Part shown: positions 61,631 to 64,000 of the stretch, in pieces
Layout: each line of letters begins with the position of its first letter
Numbering within the stretch: the first letter of the stretch is position 1
NCBI RefSeq assembly: GCF_964194155.1
Contig: NC_135898.1
Location: 7,874,001-7,938,000 of the forward strand
Source: Cetorhinus maximus
Taxonomy: Eukaryota
Length of the DNA stretch: 64,000 nucleotides
Reading direction: 5' to 3'
Program-made: the position numbers and the translations under genes
Notes under the pieces: generated by a model
Told to the model about the DNA's origin: nothing
The model's database searches: none
The model's input: the letters and a program-made list of their open reading frames with translations, nothing else

Positions 61631-62269
61631 GTAAGTGATTCTCTGCAATTGCAGCTCGAGTAGCCCTGATGTGTGATTCTGCACTGATCTTTCTTATTGA
61701 AGCACAAAGTGGATTTGGGATGAGCAGCCAGACATGGAGGTCAATTCTGTCATCTTGTTATAATGATATAAGGTGCCAATCACTCCCAACGGATTGGGTA
61801 ACCATGTTGTGGCTTTATTTTGTGAGGCGAGACACATGGGTACATTTATACAAAGGTAGAAAGCTTGAAGATATCAGAAGTGTGCTGTTCTCTTATCACA
61901 GGAAAAAGTGAAACTAAGACCGGATCACATGACACAATTCCCTTCCAGTGATGTCATGTTGCTACCTCTTAAAGAGATATTACAACAAATTCAAAGGTAG
62001 TTTACAGATTGGGAAACACAGGATTGGTGGTTTCAGGTCAGCGGAATTAACAGAACACATGACTTCCTCCCTCTCTTTTCCAGACTTGTTACCACCTGAG
62101 GTATCTCCCAAGCCCCGTGCACAGCACCAAACTTTGGGATACGGGCATCGATAAAATGGAGGCAGGGCGCGGAGGGCGATGGGAAAGGAGAGTGAGGAGT
62201 GGGAGAACATTCCAATGTGGAGATGTTCCACTGCAGCACAGGTCTCCACCAACAGACAAGAGCATGTAG

Positions 62270-62500
62270 GTAAAGAGAGAGTGTACCTGAAGAGAGAATG
62301 GAGTTCAAGAGAGGGGGAGATGAAGAGAAGGTGGAGGTGAAGAGAGATTGTAGATGAAGACAGAGTGGAAATGAAGAAAGAGTGGAGATGAAGAGAGAGG
62401 GTAGATGAAAAGAGTGTGGAAATGAAGAGAGAGTGCAGATCAAGAGTGAGTAGAAATGAAGAGAGAGCGGAGATGAAGAGAGTGTGGAGATGAAGAGAGA
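62270..62500. repeat. Purine-rich ~18-20-bp tandem repeat
   Basis: gtggagatgaagagagag units. Confidence 0.85.
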
Positions 62501-62696
62501 GGGCATAATTTTGCATGCCCCTGGTGCGGGTGTGATCGGTGGCATGAGCGGACAATATGGCGCGATTGGTTTAATGACTGCAGGAAGCCAGTTCACGATC
62601 GTACACTCCGCTCGCCAACGGCGGGCTGCGTTTCCTGCCATCAGACATCGGAAACCTCATTGTAATACATCAGCACATCATTATCAGGCTGGAATC

Positions 62697-62731
<35 letters not shown>

Positions 62732-64000
62732 CCACCAGCTGGATTGTCTGTCCACATTGGCGGGAAAGCATGCCAACGTCTTTCACAACAGCACATCAGT
62801 GACGTGCACTGGACAGCCTGCACTTCAAGATGAGCACATAGTGAATGTTCTGCAGCGCTCAGCAGGGTTGCCTGTTGGACTTCAAGTTCCAGGGGCGTTG
62901 TGGGGAGGGGTCGGGGGTAAGGGCAGCCTTGCTGTTGAGGCGACTTGAGGCAATGGCGGGGTGGTTAAGGGCAGCCCTGCCTTTGAAGTGACCAGTGGCG
63001 GGGAAGGGGGAATGAGCAGCCCTGCCATTGAATATAGCACAAAAGCATTCGGGTTTGGGGAGTAAGGTGGGCGAGGGAAGTGGTCACGCATTCGGGAAAC
63101 CTGTAGAAAGTGACCATTCCTCTGCAACTGAGACAGTTCAGGCGCAGCCACATTGATATGATTGGGAACGGGCTCCTAGCTTATCTGCCCGCTCAAGCAA
63201 TGCAGAGGCATCAAAGTGCCACCAAGTGCTCCAGAGCATCTGCCCCACCCGTGACACTGCACCCACCCCACTGCCCACCCACCCCGGCACAGGCTGCAAA
63301 TTCATGAGCACTTTGGTGGACTGCAGAGCAGTTGGACAGCACACGTTGGACAATCTCCTCACTAAAACTGGCCATATAGCAGTCATGGCTGGAGATGCTC
63401 CCAGCCTCTTGCAATGTCAGCATCCCGGTTCGGACCCATCTCCCCCATGTTTCAAGCTAACAGGGCAGCCATGCAGCGCACTAATCTCTGACCATCCAAG
63501 TGGTGGCCAGCACTCTCTGTGAACCAAGACAGGTTCTAAGTACACCCATGCTAACCACGTGTTGCTCTCTTTCATCCTGCAGGAGGAGTACATCAGGATC
63601 ATGGAGCCTGGTGAAATAGCTGTGTGCCTGATGGCCTACAGAGTCGAAGAAGATGGAGGAGAGGTTGACTGAGGCTCCTGGCTGTGCAGAGGCAGGAGCA
63701 GCAACCTCAGGAAGGAGCAGCGGCTGGAGCTCCTGCATGTGCTGCCCAAGAGCCACAATGAGCCGTTGCTGGTCGGTACCTAGTGACACCCATCGTCAAT
63801 AGACTCTGCCTTTCATTCCTGCAGATGACTGAAAACCAGTGTCGCCCAAGACTGCGCATGTCTAGGGAACTGGTCGCTCACATTTGCCATTTACTGCAGG
63901 ATTGGGCGCCACAGGGACATGGAGGGTATCCACTGCCAGTGGCTGTGAAAGTGACCGCGGTGCTCAATTTCTATGCCAGCGGATCCTTTCAGGGCTCAAC
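62501..64000 (+). mobile_element. PIF/Harbinger DNA transposon, 5' part with HARBI1-like transposase N-terminus (runs off the window)
   Basis: gggcataatttt terminus; 63825-64000 reads [24 protein letters not shown]...[23 protein letters not shown]. Confidence 0.8.

Noticed and set aside
62084-62160. MSMB-like exon 4 (good acceptor, reads TLVTT)
   Set aside because: TGA after four full codons and no recognisable three-Cys exon 4 pattern; the true exon 4 is probably beyond the window.

Overview
Vertebrate genomic DNA, most likely an elasmobranch (shark) judging from the repeat landscape: CR1 and L2 LINEs, Deu-domain and tRNA-derived SINEs, Penelope-like elements and Harbinger. It is not prokaryotic, and almost all ORFs in the supplied track are spurious or transposon-derived. 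Spliced genes reconstructed by hand from GT-AG exons: (1) the 5' end of R3HCC1 on the minus strand, two coding exons, apparently initiated at a CUG codon; (2) a complete RASSF2 on the minus strand, 10 coding exons, 327 aa, with a candidate 33-nt micro-exon, a CCAAT/GC-box promoter and a ~3.7 kb candidate 3' UTR; (3) at least two beta-microseminoprotein (MSMB/PSP94)-family loci on the plus strand, one pseudogenised and one intact through exon 3. Also present are hammerhead-ribozyme-like motifs in Penelope termini, hAT MITEs with 8-bp TSDs, TE-seeded minisatellites and two 241-N assembly gaps. Gene names rest on recalled similarity to human proteins, not on a database search, and repeat boundaries are approximate.
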